This document shows positions 14,317 through 27,334 of a DNA stretch of 64,000 nucleotides, in pieces (position 1 is the stretch's first letter; each line of letters opens with the position of its first letter). The notes under the pieces were generated by a model. The model saw only the letters and a program-made list of their open reading frames with translations. It was not told the DNA's origin and ran no database searches. Source of the DNA: the human T2T-CHM13v2.0 reference genome, Homo sapiens; NCBI RefSeq assembly GCF_009914755.1, contig NC_060928.1; one strand, 5' to 3'. Both the position numbers and the translations under genes were made by a program.

Positions 14317-15844
14317 CTTAGAAGTGTTGTCTTTGACCATCTGCTCAGACCTACTCAGAGTTTTGGGCTGTGTCACTTAAGAATCTGCACCTTAACACCT
14401 GCACTGGAATTCATGTTTCTCACACAGGACAACTGAAAAAGAAAAAAAGCAAATAATTAATGATGACTAGAATTTACTTCAAACAATATAATAATGGGCA
14501 GGATTGTAGACAGTTCAACAGTAGAATGGGATAAACTGTTCATTTTAGCAGAGAGCTGCCTGTTTTCAATCATGCATAAAGCAGTAAAGCCTTTTGACCA
14601 TGCTTTCACTGGACATGTCTGTTTCTGAACCAGTTCTCCATATTTTTCAATGTGTATTGGAGCACTGGTACTTTTTTCTCTGTCAGCAATCTGAGTCAAA
14701 TGGGATGTTGAAAGAAACAATAGCTTATGCTGTGAAAATCCACTTCGTTCTCTGTTACACTGAACATTGACTTGGTTTACTTTAAGGAGCTTTATAGAAA
14801 TCTTCCTTTTCAATGAATACATCACAGAGCGTTTGTAGTTATAATTAGAATTTCTCTAATATCAGCTTTCCTTTCCTAGGGTTTAAACAGTTATTACAGG
14901 TGAAACAAATGTGTTTATTTAAGGTCTTTAATATTTAAATGAAATAATTTTTATTCACCATTTGGCATGAAAAACACATCCAGAAAACTGATCTTTTGGG
15001 GGAAAATTGAAAGAAATTAAAATCTAAGACCATCAAAGTAGAATTACATATTAAGTGTTTGAAATATGGATGAAAGAAATATTTAATGTGTCCAGGTTTT
15101 TAAATAGCTTCAGCGAAATTGTTGAATTTTGGATTATTGGAATTCTGAGAAAACGTATATATTATAAAGTAATATTGGGTAATTTATAGTAGGTTCAATA
15201 TAAGTGTCTTTTTTAAAAAGGTGCAAATCACACTTTAAAAAAATAGAGAATTAAAAATCAAGAATGAGGTAAAAATAATAATAATCTTGGTTATGTAATT
15301 CACATCTAAAGCAATGGGTTTATTTCTTACCTACCAACCTGTGGCAACAACCAAGAGACTACTTCCTATTGACTAGAAAAGCTTTATCAAAAATAAATGA
15401 AATTTTAAGATAAGACTAATTCCCTCAGATCCTCAAGAGGCTTTCAGAATGGTCCAGCATTAAAATAAACAACAAACAAACATATTTTTACTTTATAAGA
15501 ATAAGGATTATGTTCATTATAAAGTATAAATTAAAATATAAGCAAAGGGACAAGAAATAGAAGTTACCAATAGCCCACCAGACAGAAATGAATATCATTG
15601 TTTGGGGCATATTTATTCTCAATCTCTTTGTTTCCCTACCACCCTTCCAGGATTGGAATCGTAGTGGTATAATGTTTAATAAATTTATTCTTTGAATTTA
15701 CGTAATTTCTATCCATATCATAACTTCCCATATCATAAAATAGTACTTTATAACTCTGCTTTCAAGGGCAATATTCTATTTGCCTATGATGATTTCAAAC
15801 ATATAATAATGAAACAGGTTATTCTTGGATATGACAACCAATAA

Positions 15845-16085
15845 TGTAGAGGATAAAATGCAGGCTGTGGAAACTGACTGCATGAACTCAAAATATGATT
15901 CAGCCTCTTGCAAGCTGAATGACCTGTACTGTGTGATCTAATATATCTGTACCTCAGTTTCCTTAACTGAAATGTAGATAAAGATATTTGTTGCCTCATG
16001 GAATTGTTGTGAGTGAGACTTGGATGAGTTAATATAATACCAGTGCCTGGAATGTAAAACTGCTAAAATAAATAGTAGATGTTAT
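15845..16085 (+). mobile_element. MIR SINE
   Basis: 'tctgtacctcagtttccttaactgaaatg..cctcatggaattgttgtgag..cagtgcctgg'. Confidence 0.7.
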
Positions 16086-16217
16086 GAAGGCAATAATAAC
16101 TGTGATACATTCTTAATAGAATTTTCAAGTCAAAAATGCTGCTTAAGTTTTCAAATATTTGATGCCTATTGAGAAATTGCCCAGATTTACCCAATGGGAT
16201 ACTCAGATAGAGATATT

Positions 16218-16236
16218 TCTATCTATTTATCTAAGA

Positions 16237-16283
<47 letters not shown>

Positions 16284-16312
16284 ATCTATCTATCATCTAT
16301 CTAATCTATCTA
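16218..16312. repeat. Compound (ATCT)n/GATA tetranucleotide STR with a pure (ATCT)11 core at 16237-16280
   Basis: Read directly from the sequence. Confidence 0.95.
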
Positions 16313-17129
16313 ATAAAATCAGTTCTTTTTCTAGAGAGGGTCTCTTTCTAGAGAGTTGAGGGTCAAATTTGACATACAAATTGTCAAAACTTATCTCTGA
16401 AGTTGGTAAACTAATATCCCAGGCATGAAATCCAGGTAAGTTTCTAATGTACTTTTTCATGCATTACTTATAACTTGTCCATAGCTACCGTAGCTTTATT
16501 ATGATAAGCAACACATCCTATTTCAGTCCTTGGATAGTCATTTTTCTTCTTCACACCTGTGCTAAGTAGCACATGTTAGTGTAAGTTTATGAAGTTTATT
16601 CCAATTTGAAATGTACAATTAGCATATAGGTATTGTCTTAATTTGAATATTTAATATATTTATAAAGTAAACACTTTTATTTGGAACTATTTATTTTTTG
16701 AGATGTTTCTACTAGATGCTTGCATCCATTTGTTACTAATATTTTCAATCTTTCTCTGCAAGACATTTTACATCTTTTTTCACACTTTGTTAGTCTACTG
16801 GTCTTGACTTTTTTCTCTTTCATTTCTTTCTCATGGGAGTTGTGTATGGTATAAATGTATGTTTTTTTTGCATGTTTATATTTGTGTGTGTAGTCGAATC
16901 TATTAGTCTGTAAATTTATAAGCCTTTTTGATCTATAGTTGATATAAGATGAATGATTCTTTTTTAAATTTGGCATGTATAAATCATTATTATGATTTTG
17001 AGATTCAAAACCATTAATATTTTCTGACACACTTCTTTTGACTTTCAGCCTTCTAAAGAAACCCCATAATTTCCACAGTAGCTGTATAATTAGCACATAT
17101 CACACACCAAAAAATGACATCCATTCTGC

Positions 17130-17300
17130 TAAATAATTTGCATGCATTCTTTAACTTATTCTTATAAGGAATTAGGTGTTGTATTATTCCATGTTTCCCA
17201 AATTAGAAAATTATATATACATTTTAAGCAGTGGTCCAATTCTATAGATCTAGAAATGGCAGGGCTGGGTCTTCCTGCCTTCTTAACCACTCTACTAGAT
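17130..17300 (-). mobile_element. Degraded MIR
   Basis: 'gatctagaaatggcagggctggg..tcttaaccactctact'. Confidence 0.5.
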
Positions 17301-18887
17301 GACCTCTTCTACACTATAGCACTGACATATTGGAACACTCACGAAGAGGTAGTAAATGAAGCTTAAAGAGTGTACACACCAGAACTGTATTGCTGGAAGA
17401 AATCTTTGAGATTATATGCCAAAGTGCTATACTTTTTCTGTGAGTAGACTTAGGTGAGGGCCAAAGTGGTTAAATATCTTATCTAACATATCGACTAGGT
17501 AATTTCAAGAAATTAAATGAAGCTCATTTTATGTAGGGCATGTTTGTTTTATGTCTTTGTATCTGCAATTAAAGCATCAGAATCCACTCAAATCATTTGT
17601 GTGTTTATCATGACAATATATAGTTTTATTCTTTATATATACATACATTTTAAGAAATTAATATTTTCTCAATTTTTTTCAGAACTCTTAATTATGGGCT
17701 CCTTTAAGATGAAAACAAACTATCAGTATCTAAAATGATGTTAGCTTTACTAAACATAATAAAATATAAAGAAATTTAGGTTATTATTTATAGTTAGTTA
17801 TGTCTATACTATATGCTGTACAAAATATATGCACTCTTTTTTTTTCCCTCTGGCATTAGGTTTGAAAATAATGCAAAGATTTTCCTCAGAGAAACTCTAT
17901 TCCAGATAGCTTAGTACATGCACACATACCTGCAGGTTTACCTTTCCCCTGTGGAAATTGATGCCATGGCTGTCAGCAGACCTACTGGAGGCTTGAACAA
18001 TAATCACTTTTCAGAGCTGAAGGCAGAAAGAAAATTTCAGGAAGATATTCACTTGAACCATAGTTATAATTTTTGTATACGTTTGGCTCTCATATTAAGT
18101 GAATATATTTATAAGTAAACCAAAACTATATGTTCTGTAGCATAGGGCAGAAAAACAATTAAATGAAAGAACTCATAAGTAGAGTGCAACATTTTTCCTG
18201 GCCAAGATGGAAAACAACCTTCACTTTCCACCACTTTTAGCTTTTCTCTAGTTACTTCTCACTCTACTTAGCATGCCATCTCAAGTTTTATTTTTCTAGC
18301 GTTCACATTGTGCAATGATAAGGAGAAAGTAATGAGCTGGAGAAACAAAGATTTACTTTTTTATGCAAAAATACCCTTCAACTCTGAAGGAAATTATAAA
18401 ACTAAATACTAAAATTTAATTAATCTCTTCAAATATATTTTTAATTTGATGTCTCTTGAGTAAACATGAACTTGGGGGTAAGAATGATATATGGAAAAAA
18501 TAAGTGTCAGAATAAATAGCCTCACATTTATGATCCCCATGAATTTAATTCTCATAGGATCTATTCTTGCGTTAATGAGTATGAACAGCATTTTTTTTTC
18601 AATTTTGGAGAAAACTCAAAACATAGATTAGCCAGTTTATTTTGATACACTGTCTTCCTCATTTTTGCTTTGATCTCTTTGGCTACAAACTTCACTCTTG
18701 TTTTGCTCATTCCCTTCACAACATCTCCCATCTCATCCCCATAAATCTATATGTTGGCTTGATCACTTTTTTTCTGTCATTCGCTCACTGAAACTTTACT
18801 TGTAAAAACTGATGTTCTTTTATATGCCTGGGGAAGCGTGCATTTCAAGTATCCAGGCAAATCTATGTTAATTCTTAATTACTACCA

Positions 18888-18990
18888 CTTATTGAATGTT
18901 TATCTCTACACTAAGCACTGTGCTATGTGTTCGAAAATTAGGAAGAATAGGCACTGTCTCTGCCTTTAGGACCCCAATCTCCCTGGTGCT
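18888..18990 (-). mobile_element. L2 3'-end fragment
   Basis: 'ttattgaatgttta..ctaagcactgtgcta..cactgtctctgcctt'. Confidence 0.5.
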
Positions 18991-19102
18991 TTTTAGTTAC
19001 CTTTCTTAACATGTAAGAAGAATGAGAAGTCACAGGAGCTCTTCAGAGGAGACAGATATTTCTACAGAAAAAGTTGAGCTTTAAGGTTGTGCAAACAAAG
19101 CC

Positions 19103-19173
19103 AAAAGAAAAAAGAAAGAAGAAGAAGAAGGAGAAGAAGGAGAAGGAGGAGAAGAAGGAGGAGGAGGAGGAGG

Positions 19174-19206
<33 letters not shown>

Positions 19207-19262
19207 AGGAGAAGAAGAGGAAGAGGAAGAGGAAGAAGAAGAAGGAGAAGAAGCAGCAGCAG
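19103..19262. repeat. Compound (AAG/GAG/AGG)n trinucleotide purine tract ending in (CAG)3
   Basis: 19103-19253 contains only A and G. It explains the four low-complexity ORFs at 19062-19346. Confidence 0.95.
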
Positions 19263-19437
19263 CATACAGGAGCACCAAATACTGTGAGGGGAAGCTCTGT
19301 GCTCTATAGACATCTGTGATCCAGTGACTAGAGGTGTTTCTGACAAGAGTAGGTGCTCAAAAAGTATTACGTTGTGTTGGCTGTGCCAATAGTACTGATT
19401 CAGAATGTATTAGAACTCAGAACAAATAGAAAATATT

Positions 19438-19719
19438 GGCTGGGCATGGTGGCTAATGCTTGTAACCCCAACACTTTGGAAGGCTGAGGCGGGAGCATTG
19501 TTAGGCCAAGAGTTTGACACCAGCCTGGGCAAAATGGCAAGACCTCATCTCTATGAAAAACAAAAAAAAGTAGCCAGGCATGGTGGTGTGTGCCTCTGGT
19601 CCCAGCTGCTGGAGAGGCTAAGGCAGGCACATTTCTTCAGCCCAGGAAATCAAGGCTGCAGCGAGCTGTGTTTGCACTACTACACTATGGCTGGGGCAAC
19701 AGAGTGAGACCCTGGCTCA
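19438..19719 (+). mobile_element. AluJ (old, diverged), lacking a poly(A) tail
   Basis: Dimeric Alu with J-type 'aggccaagagtttga', 'tcaaggctgcag' and 'gagaccctggctc'. Confidence 0.9.
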
Positions 19720-21744
19720 CAGGATCAGTCAAAAAAGACATGTTTGAGGATATTTTATTTAAAATGAAGATGGAGCACATAGATAAGCGGAGATGGGCAA
19801 AAGGATATTTAATGAAGAATTTAGAGTTTATTATAAACGCAAATGGGAGTTGACTCAGGATAACCTAACTGCTTTAACCATTTTATTATTATACTTAAAG
19901 ACAACAAAAACATGCATTTACCTATATTGTAAGCGTTCTAGTGTAAATTATTTTATCATATTAACTCAGCCCATAAGAAGAAGGACTCAAGCTTGTATGA
20001 AGCTAGGAGGAAATGTAAAAGTACACTGTACTAAAGGAAGGCAAAAGAGTTACAGATATTTTTTAAGATGTAAATACTTTTTATTTTTATGCAAATTCTT
20101 CATCAAGAACACTTTTACTGCGAGCCAAGAGTAGGTATAATACCGAAAAGTATCCAGAGAGTCACAGAAATTCCTTTCCTCTTCCTTGTTTTTAAATGAA
20201 TGGATAAGGAGAAAAATTGAGAGGGAATTCAAGAAGTTAATATGCCAATCTGATAAATGGCATTATGCCAAAACAGCACTTTGTGTGAACAACTGAAAAA
20301 GAACCTGTAAATGCAAACAATGGGAACAGCTGAAGGCAAAGGAAGGTAGGAATTTCATTATAACCATGACATTGTTATTGGAGACGCAGCAGCCATAGCT
20401 GATTATGCCTTTGTGCAATAAGTAGATGTGGTGGTTTAATTTGGAGTAAAAGCACAAAGTCAGCCTGAGGTTAGCAGAGTGGGTTTTGGGCTCCCTCCCA
20501 AGCTCTAATACTAAGAATAAATGGTGTGTGCTGACTAAGTGGGAGAGGCAGCAATGATCACGTCTTTAAATAGACAGGAAAAATATGTTTTTGAGATCAG
20601 CTTCCTGTGGAGAAAACAGTTATTATGAGGGAGTGTCAATGTAAAATTACAATTCAGGATTGCTTTTATGCAAAAACTATGAAAAAGGAGAAATTTGTTT
20701 TCAAAGTCTCCAGCCTTCTCTGTACAATTCTATTTGCCCCTTGGTGCTATACACTTAAATGGAAAATAACATTTTGTCACAGACAATTTGATACAGTCAA
20801 TATGAGGTACCGTTAGATGCAAAGAATGACTCCAGATTGAATAAAGCAAGTACAAACTCAGCAGATATCCACATCCTACCTCGAGCTTGTACCTCATCCC
20901 ATATCTCAGCTTCTTCCTATTCCATCCTTCTGAGGAGAGACCACAGTGTGAGAATGGTTTCTACTTTTTGCATAATTTTTACAAACCTGCAAATACAAAT
21001 GTTTATAAAAATACTTAGGGAATATGTGCAAGTGACTATTTTTATTATTTTAGTCAAGAAAAAAACCCCTCACGTTTGAAGATCTTTCACACTGGCTAGA
21101 CATCGGAGAAGAAATGAATGGCAGCATTTAACTATTGTAATCTCTTTTTTTAAAAAAATAGATGAACTGCCCAAAAGCATTTGTTGTATATATTGGAGGG
21201 CTTATATATTTTGTATAACAAAAGTGCTTATAACTTAGCAGAAAAATCAGGAACCCAATAGAGAAGAGAAATCAAGTATGCACACTTAATTTTTTTAAAA
21301 TAGAGATAAATGAAGCCTTATGGGCAATAAAAATACAACATTCAAAGTCAAGCAAAATTTTAAACATATGATTATTTTAACATTAGATTGTCAGTTATAG
21401 AAAAATCTTCAATATTCTAGATATATTATTAATTTAAAAATGATATTCATAGGAAAATATGAGCAGTTCCCACTTGAATATGAATAGATTTCAGTTATGG
21501 AAGCTCACACAGTTGTGAGTATGCATGTCGTAAATATAAATATATCCATCTATCATCTATCTATCTTCATATTGGTCTGGATGGATATACATTAAACAGT
21601 TTAAATCAAGATATTTCTGGGAAGGTGAGTGGGGATGTAAGGTGGTTAAGAAGAACTTCTCTTCAAAGTTTATTAGCAGAGTTGGACACCCGTTTAAATC
21701 AAAACTAAGTTTCTGCATGAAATTAGTTCTGTCATGAGAGATGG

Positions 21745-21981
21745 GACCAGCTTGTTCATGGCTTGAAACAGTTCATGAAAACAAATTGTGGGCAACAATT
21801 TCTAACTCCATATTCAGTGGCACCATGTTAATAGTTCCGTGTTGGGAGACTTTACAACAAAACAATCAGCAAACAAATAAGAGGCCTACAAACCAGTTTT
21901 TTTAAATCTTTCTATCTCTGTCTTTGTATCTGTCTTTTAATCTGTAGAGATGATTGTTAAACATTTATAAGGATACCACTG
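21745..21981 (+). mobile_element. MER63-like (hAT-Blackjack) fragment
   Basis: End 'gattgttaaacatttataaggataccactg' and internal 'ttcagtggcaccatgtt..gggagactttacaaca'. Confidence 0.45.
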
Positions 21982-23949
21982 GATGGGATCATTGAAATTG
22001 GCTTGGACACATCAGGATTTACCTTTCAGCAGTGAGTTATATGTGACGAGTACCATTAGTAAACTCAGAATTCTGAGCAATTTCAAATGATGGGTGAATA
22101 TTAGATAGTGATAGTATCTGATATTATGATATAGAGATCAAGAATGGTGATAATTTCCATGCATTTTGGATGAGGCTAGAACATTTATATTACCATATTC
22201 AATTCTAGATAATCATTTTAAGTGTAGCATTGATAAGCTAGGGAATTCTGATGGAGTAAAACAAAGCTGCCATGTCTAGAAAGCATGGCACATAAATGAC
22301 TATGCAATGTTATGGCAATGCTTAAACTGAAAGAGGCAAGTATCATGGAGGATATCATATCATTCATTGAAGGTCTATTATTTGGAAGAGTGCTCTGACT
22401 CCTTCTAGGGTGTGGGGATGGAATGTGCATATACACACTGACATGGAAGCCAAACTCTACTCTTGGTAACTCAGGTATGATTAAATGCATAATTTTTATG
22501 GACTTGACTAGTTTTAGCTCATTTGAAATATTTTTTGTCTTTGTACCTACATATATAATTTAAAAACCATCACGTCTTATTACATTTTTGTACTCATAAA
22601 CTCTTTAAATTAAATCAGAAAAAATAAAGTATAATTTAATCTCATAAATTTTCTTCTTTATAATCCAATTCTCTTCAACTCCTATGCTTTTTGACATTAA
22701 TAATTCAATATGTAAATTTAATCCTTGCATTACTATAAAAACACATTAGTCTTTATACTTTGTTGTGCAACCTAGTTCTATGTAGACTATGACTGAGTAT
22801 TTTGTATATTAATATCAAATATCATTGAAGATTAAACGGAGCAAACATATTTTTATGCAGCATTCCTGTGAGAACACTGAGAGAAACAAAAATGGTTTAA
22901 TATACTTGTTACCACACACGGGAAACCACTGCCACATTCAGGACCAGAAGGCTGTTCTTTACCCCTGTTTTTCATTAGCTTTTCCTTTGCATTCTTATCA
23001 TAGCAGGAATAGCAAGTGCTGTGTCATTCATCCTTATTCTGTTAGGGTGTTGACATCTCACTTTTGTGACAAAGTGAGATAAATGAAAAGTAGAACCCAT
23101 GAACATATTGTCATGCTTCTTAATAAAATGACAATATCATATTTTTCACTTATTATGCACATTGTGCCATACAAATTGTTCACATTTTGACTAGGCAAAC
23201 ATAGAGAGTTCCATTTTTTTGTTTTAATCACAAGTAAAAAGGCTGAATCTAAGTGATTTATGGAGAGGTGGTCAAAGCCTCCATTTCGATTAGGGAGTTT
23301 GGCATCTAAATAAGATTTCACTTGCTAATATTCTTCTTTCTCTGCTAGTATATGTAAAGAAGAAAACAACAAAACATACATTTCTTCTCCTTTTCCTTTT
23401 AAACCAACCAACAGTATTCAAGTATTTGTTGATCACCAACTCAGGACCAAATTTTGGGTAGAGGACTCAGAATAAAAGAACTATAAGCCGTGCTATCTGT
23501 TCACAGTGAGCAAATGTGAAAAAATCTACTCTGTATTCCTGGAAATTTTTCCTTTTTCTTTTTGAAGAGGAAAATCTGTATAGTTAAATAACAAAACACA
23601 TCTATACTCTAACTCAACAAGTATGTTAAAAAAAAACTGGAGTTAAAAATGAAAAGATCTAGAATCAAGTTAGAGTCTACAAAAGTGTGTGAGGAAACCA
23701 CCTCACACAAAATTCACATCTGTACTTTCAGAATGAAGAATATAGCTATCTTTCTAATAAAGTTTGAACATCAAATAAGATACATACAATGCTAGCTTAA
23801 AAACATATATATGTGATCTATAAAGTCCTGTCATGTATGTATTTTCCAAACACATATAGACTATTTACCATGTTCTAAATATAATGTAGTATGTGAACTT
23901 TGGTTCAATTAATAATTATTGAAGGTTTCCCAAGTACTAAGGCACCGTA

Positions 23950-24130
23950 CCAACTCATTATCCTGTAATTTAACCCTCTGATTCTCTGAACAAGCATTGG
24001 AGCACATATTCTCTTATTATAGACAAGGAAACTGTAGATCAGAGATGTAAAATTATTTGTCAAAAGCTAGTAATAGCTGAAACTAAATAATGTTAGCAGA
24101 TTATCAATCCAGTACACTTTGTGTACACAC
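23950..24130 (-). mobile_element. MIR fragment
   Basis: 'ttatagacaaggaaactgtagatcagagatgtaaaattatttgtcaaa'. Confidence 0.5.
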
Positions 24131-24649
24131 ACTGCCCAAGTATTTGCTCACATACATATGAGCAAATATAAAACACAACTTTTACTTTAAAAGAGCTTGA
24201 GTTCTACTTAAAGAGGAAATTTATAAAAAAAAGAAAAGTTTAAAACAAGAATCCAAGGCATTTTGCCATTTTTTTTTTCTGAAGAAGAAATAAAAGATGC
24301 AGAAGTTCTAAGGAAAAAGAGATTTCTGGGGGCTGAAGAGGTCAGAGAAAACAGTAAAAGCTGCAATCCAAAAGCTTAATAGTATTTTTAATAGCAAGAT
24401 GGGGCTAAGAAAAAACAGTTGAAGCAGAGGTAATGGTGAAAATATGGATTCCTAAGGACCGTGAGAGGAGGAAATTGTTAATAGATACGTTAGTGTAAAA
24501 TATAATTACTCTTTCACATGCTTCGTCAAGTATAACAATGGAAAAGAGATCACAAAAGTGCACTTTAAAACTACTTTCAAGTAGAAAAACTCCAGTTGCA
24601 ATGAATTTCCAAAGTATATACTTCATATAATTGGAATAAAAGAAAAATA

Positions 24650-24704
24650 TTAGGTTGGTTGAAAAGTAATTGTGGTTTTGCCATTGAAAGTGATGGCAAC
24701 AACC
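24650..24704. mobile_element. MADE1 (Hsmar1 MITE), truncated on one side
   Basis: 'ttaggttggttgaaaagtaattgtggttttgccattgaaagtgatggcaacaacc' matches the Hsmar1 TIR, spacer and part of the second arm; preceded by TA. Confidence 0.85.
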
Positions 24705-27013
24705 TTACAGTCATTCACTTTTCCTATTTGCTTTTACCTGTGATACACACACACATTTAAATATTTCAAGAGAAATTTTCTTAATAAATTCATGATTATA
24801 ATTAAAGAAAACATTTGTTGTTGCCACTGCATAATTTTCTCACTTCCAATCAGCCAGTTTGAACATTTATTCTATTCCAACGATCCTCCAAATATAGGAC
24901 TGCCATTCAATAATGCTATGGGCCATGCAGACTGACATGCTGTATGTAACAGCTAAATACATATCTTACATTGTATTCATTATTACAAGTCAATAACAGG
25001 AAACAACAGAGGACATAGTCATTGGGGGAAGGGTTAAAAATAATTGATCTTTATCATTATTTAAATTCTAAGCATACATTGAGATTAATAATTAGGTCAA
25101 TTTCAGAATATTTACTTGTCAAATTTTCTTGAAACCTTCAATCTTAATTTCTCTATATTTTTTTTTGTCTGGAATTTGCAGCTTTAAAAATCAGAAACCC
25201 ATCACTTCCTATGAATTAGGATTCATATAGATGTTTAACAGTTACACTAAAGCCTAGTTTACTCATCTGTGCAATGTGTTGAATAATATTCAACTTGTAT
25301 CTCACACATTATCCTCAGGCACTACTAATTCATGCTAATAATATGCTTCGAGATTCAAAGGTAAAAGGTGTTATGTAGAGATACATAAAAACCCTAATTT
25401 GAAAATTTTAGTTTTCTATATTCTTAACTAAACAAAAAATAACAATAAAAATAACATAGACAAGTTTACAAGGAAAGTGTTGTCAGTCCAAATGGCCTGG
25501 ATTTCTGGCCAATATATCAAAGAACTTTGATCTATATAGATAGATATATATAGAGAGATGTATATGTATATATAACATAGCATATGCAATTATATATATA
25601 TGTAATATAAAATAAAATTTATTTAAGATAAAGTGAGTGAATAGTGAATGTGAAATTGGGAATATTTATGTTTTTATTCACTCTGCTTTTTCTTTACTTT
25701 CATATTTCTTTTTAAGAATTAGAGGTTCTAGTCTTAGTAAAACACTGAAAAGATGCTTATCCCAAGTTTGAGAAAATGCAATCCTGTAGAGAGTTTAATG
25801 TGAATATAAAAATAGCATTAAAACGATTTTCATCATAAATGAATAAAGATGTGAGTCTTGAAATCTAGCTGTTAAAAAGACTTTGTGTTACAAATAATTC
25901 AATTATGTATATATGTTTTAAAAATGTGATTCTTAAAATAAAATTAAGATCTATTTTAGTTTTGTTAGGCTACTCTGACCACTGAAACGATACTATTTAA
26001 AATATTACTACTAGTTCTGAGACAGGGTAATATATAAGAATACATGTAGAAAAGTGGTCATATTTGAAGCAAAACAAAAATGATGCTCATATTTTGAAAT
26101 TTAATTTCTAAATACAGTGGTGTGTTCAATTTCATATAAAGGACCAAATAATAGATAATAGAGTGATTTAAGGCATCCTTAAATGCATGAATATTTATGA
26201 CCTATTCACTGTCAAACATTGCTGTTTGTGTGTACTCGAGGATTTCAATCTTGATATGAAAAAATAGTATAACTTTTATCATATTATTTTTGTTTTATTC
26301 TGCTATTTTTCATTATTATTTAGATGTAATATGTATGTCCTATATTAGCATAATAATACAAGTAAATAACTTATAAATAAATAATTAAACATTCATTGAG
26401 ATACAAGAAGTTAATTTTTTTGCTGGTAAAGTAATAAAGTTAAGAGATTCTTACTCTAGAAAATCTCTTACACACCACTCAGGACACAGCAAATTTAAGG
26501 GAATTCTAAAAATCTTTTTGTTGTATAGGAGTTAAACCAAATTTAATAAAAGTGATAGATGCACTACTTACCCCTATAGAGAAAAAAGAAGAGATACACA
26601 TTTCATTAATTTTAATTTTAAAAATGGAATAAAAAATGTCTTAATATAGATATATGCAGAAATATCCTAGTAGCCAGGACAAAGTTAATTAAAAATATGA
26701 TAGATTTCTCTGATTATTTTTCTTTCTTTTTCTAAAATAAAAGTTTGAAAAAAATAAAATTTAAATTAAAAAATTAAAATTAGACCAATCTCAACTTTTA
26801 TAAATGACTTACTTATGATAATACTAGGCCTAATGATAAAAGAAAAGGCAGGATAGTGTTTAAGATTCCTTTATACATTTTAAAACCTTTTTTAATTTTA
26901 AAATTATGAGAAAAATGTTCTTATTCTTTATCTGTTTTGTCTTAGTCCTCTTGATAAATTTTAAAATTCATTTTCCTGTGTCTATGTTTTTTTGAGGCAG
27001 AGCAGTATAGTTC

Positions 27014-27334
27014 TTTTTTTTAACTTTTATTTAAGTTCAGGGGTAGAAGTCAAGGTTTGTTACATAGGTAAACTTGTGTCATGGGGTTTCTCATACAGAT
27101 TATTTGCTTACCCATGTATTAAGCCTAGTACCCATTAGTTATTTTTCCTGATCCTCATCCTCCTCCCACCTTCCACTCTCTGATAGGCCCAAGTGTCTGC
27201 CATTCCCCTCTATGTGTGCATGTGTTCTCATCATTTAGCTCCCACTTATAAGTGAGAACACGCAGTAGTTGGTTTTCTGTTCCTGTGTTAGTTTGCTGAG
27301 GATGACGGCTTCCAGCTCCATCCATGTCCCTGCA
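27014..27334 (-). mobile_element. L1PA13-16-like 3' end
   Basis: 'ttacataggtaaacttgtgtcatgggg..gtattaagcctagtacccattagttatttttcctgatcct'. Confidence 0.9.

Noticed and set aside
14457-14825. 122-aa minus-strand ORF
   Set aside because: Non-ATG start, no recognisable domain, and length compatible with chance.
16677-17096. 139-aa Lys/Asn-rich minus-strand ORF
   Set aside because: Composition mirrors T-rich DNA, probably decayed L1ME. No recognisable protein.
19062-19346. Poly-Leu, poly-Lys/Glu, poly-Ser and poly-Arg ORFs
   Set aside because: All are frames of the same purine triplet repeat, with no splice or codon evidence for a gene.
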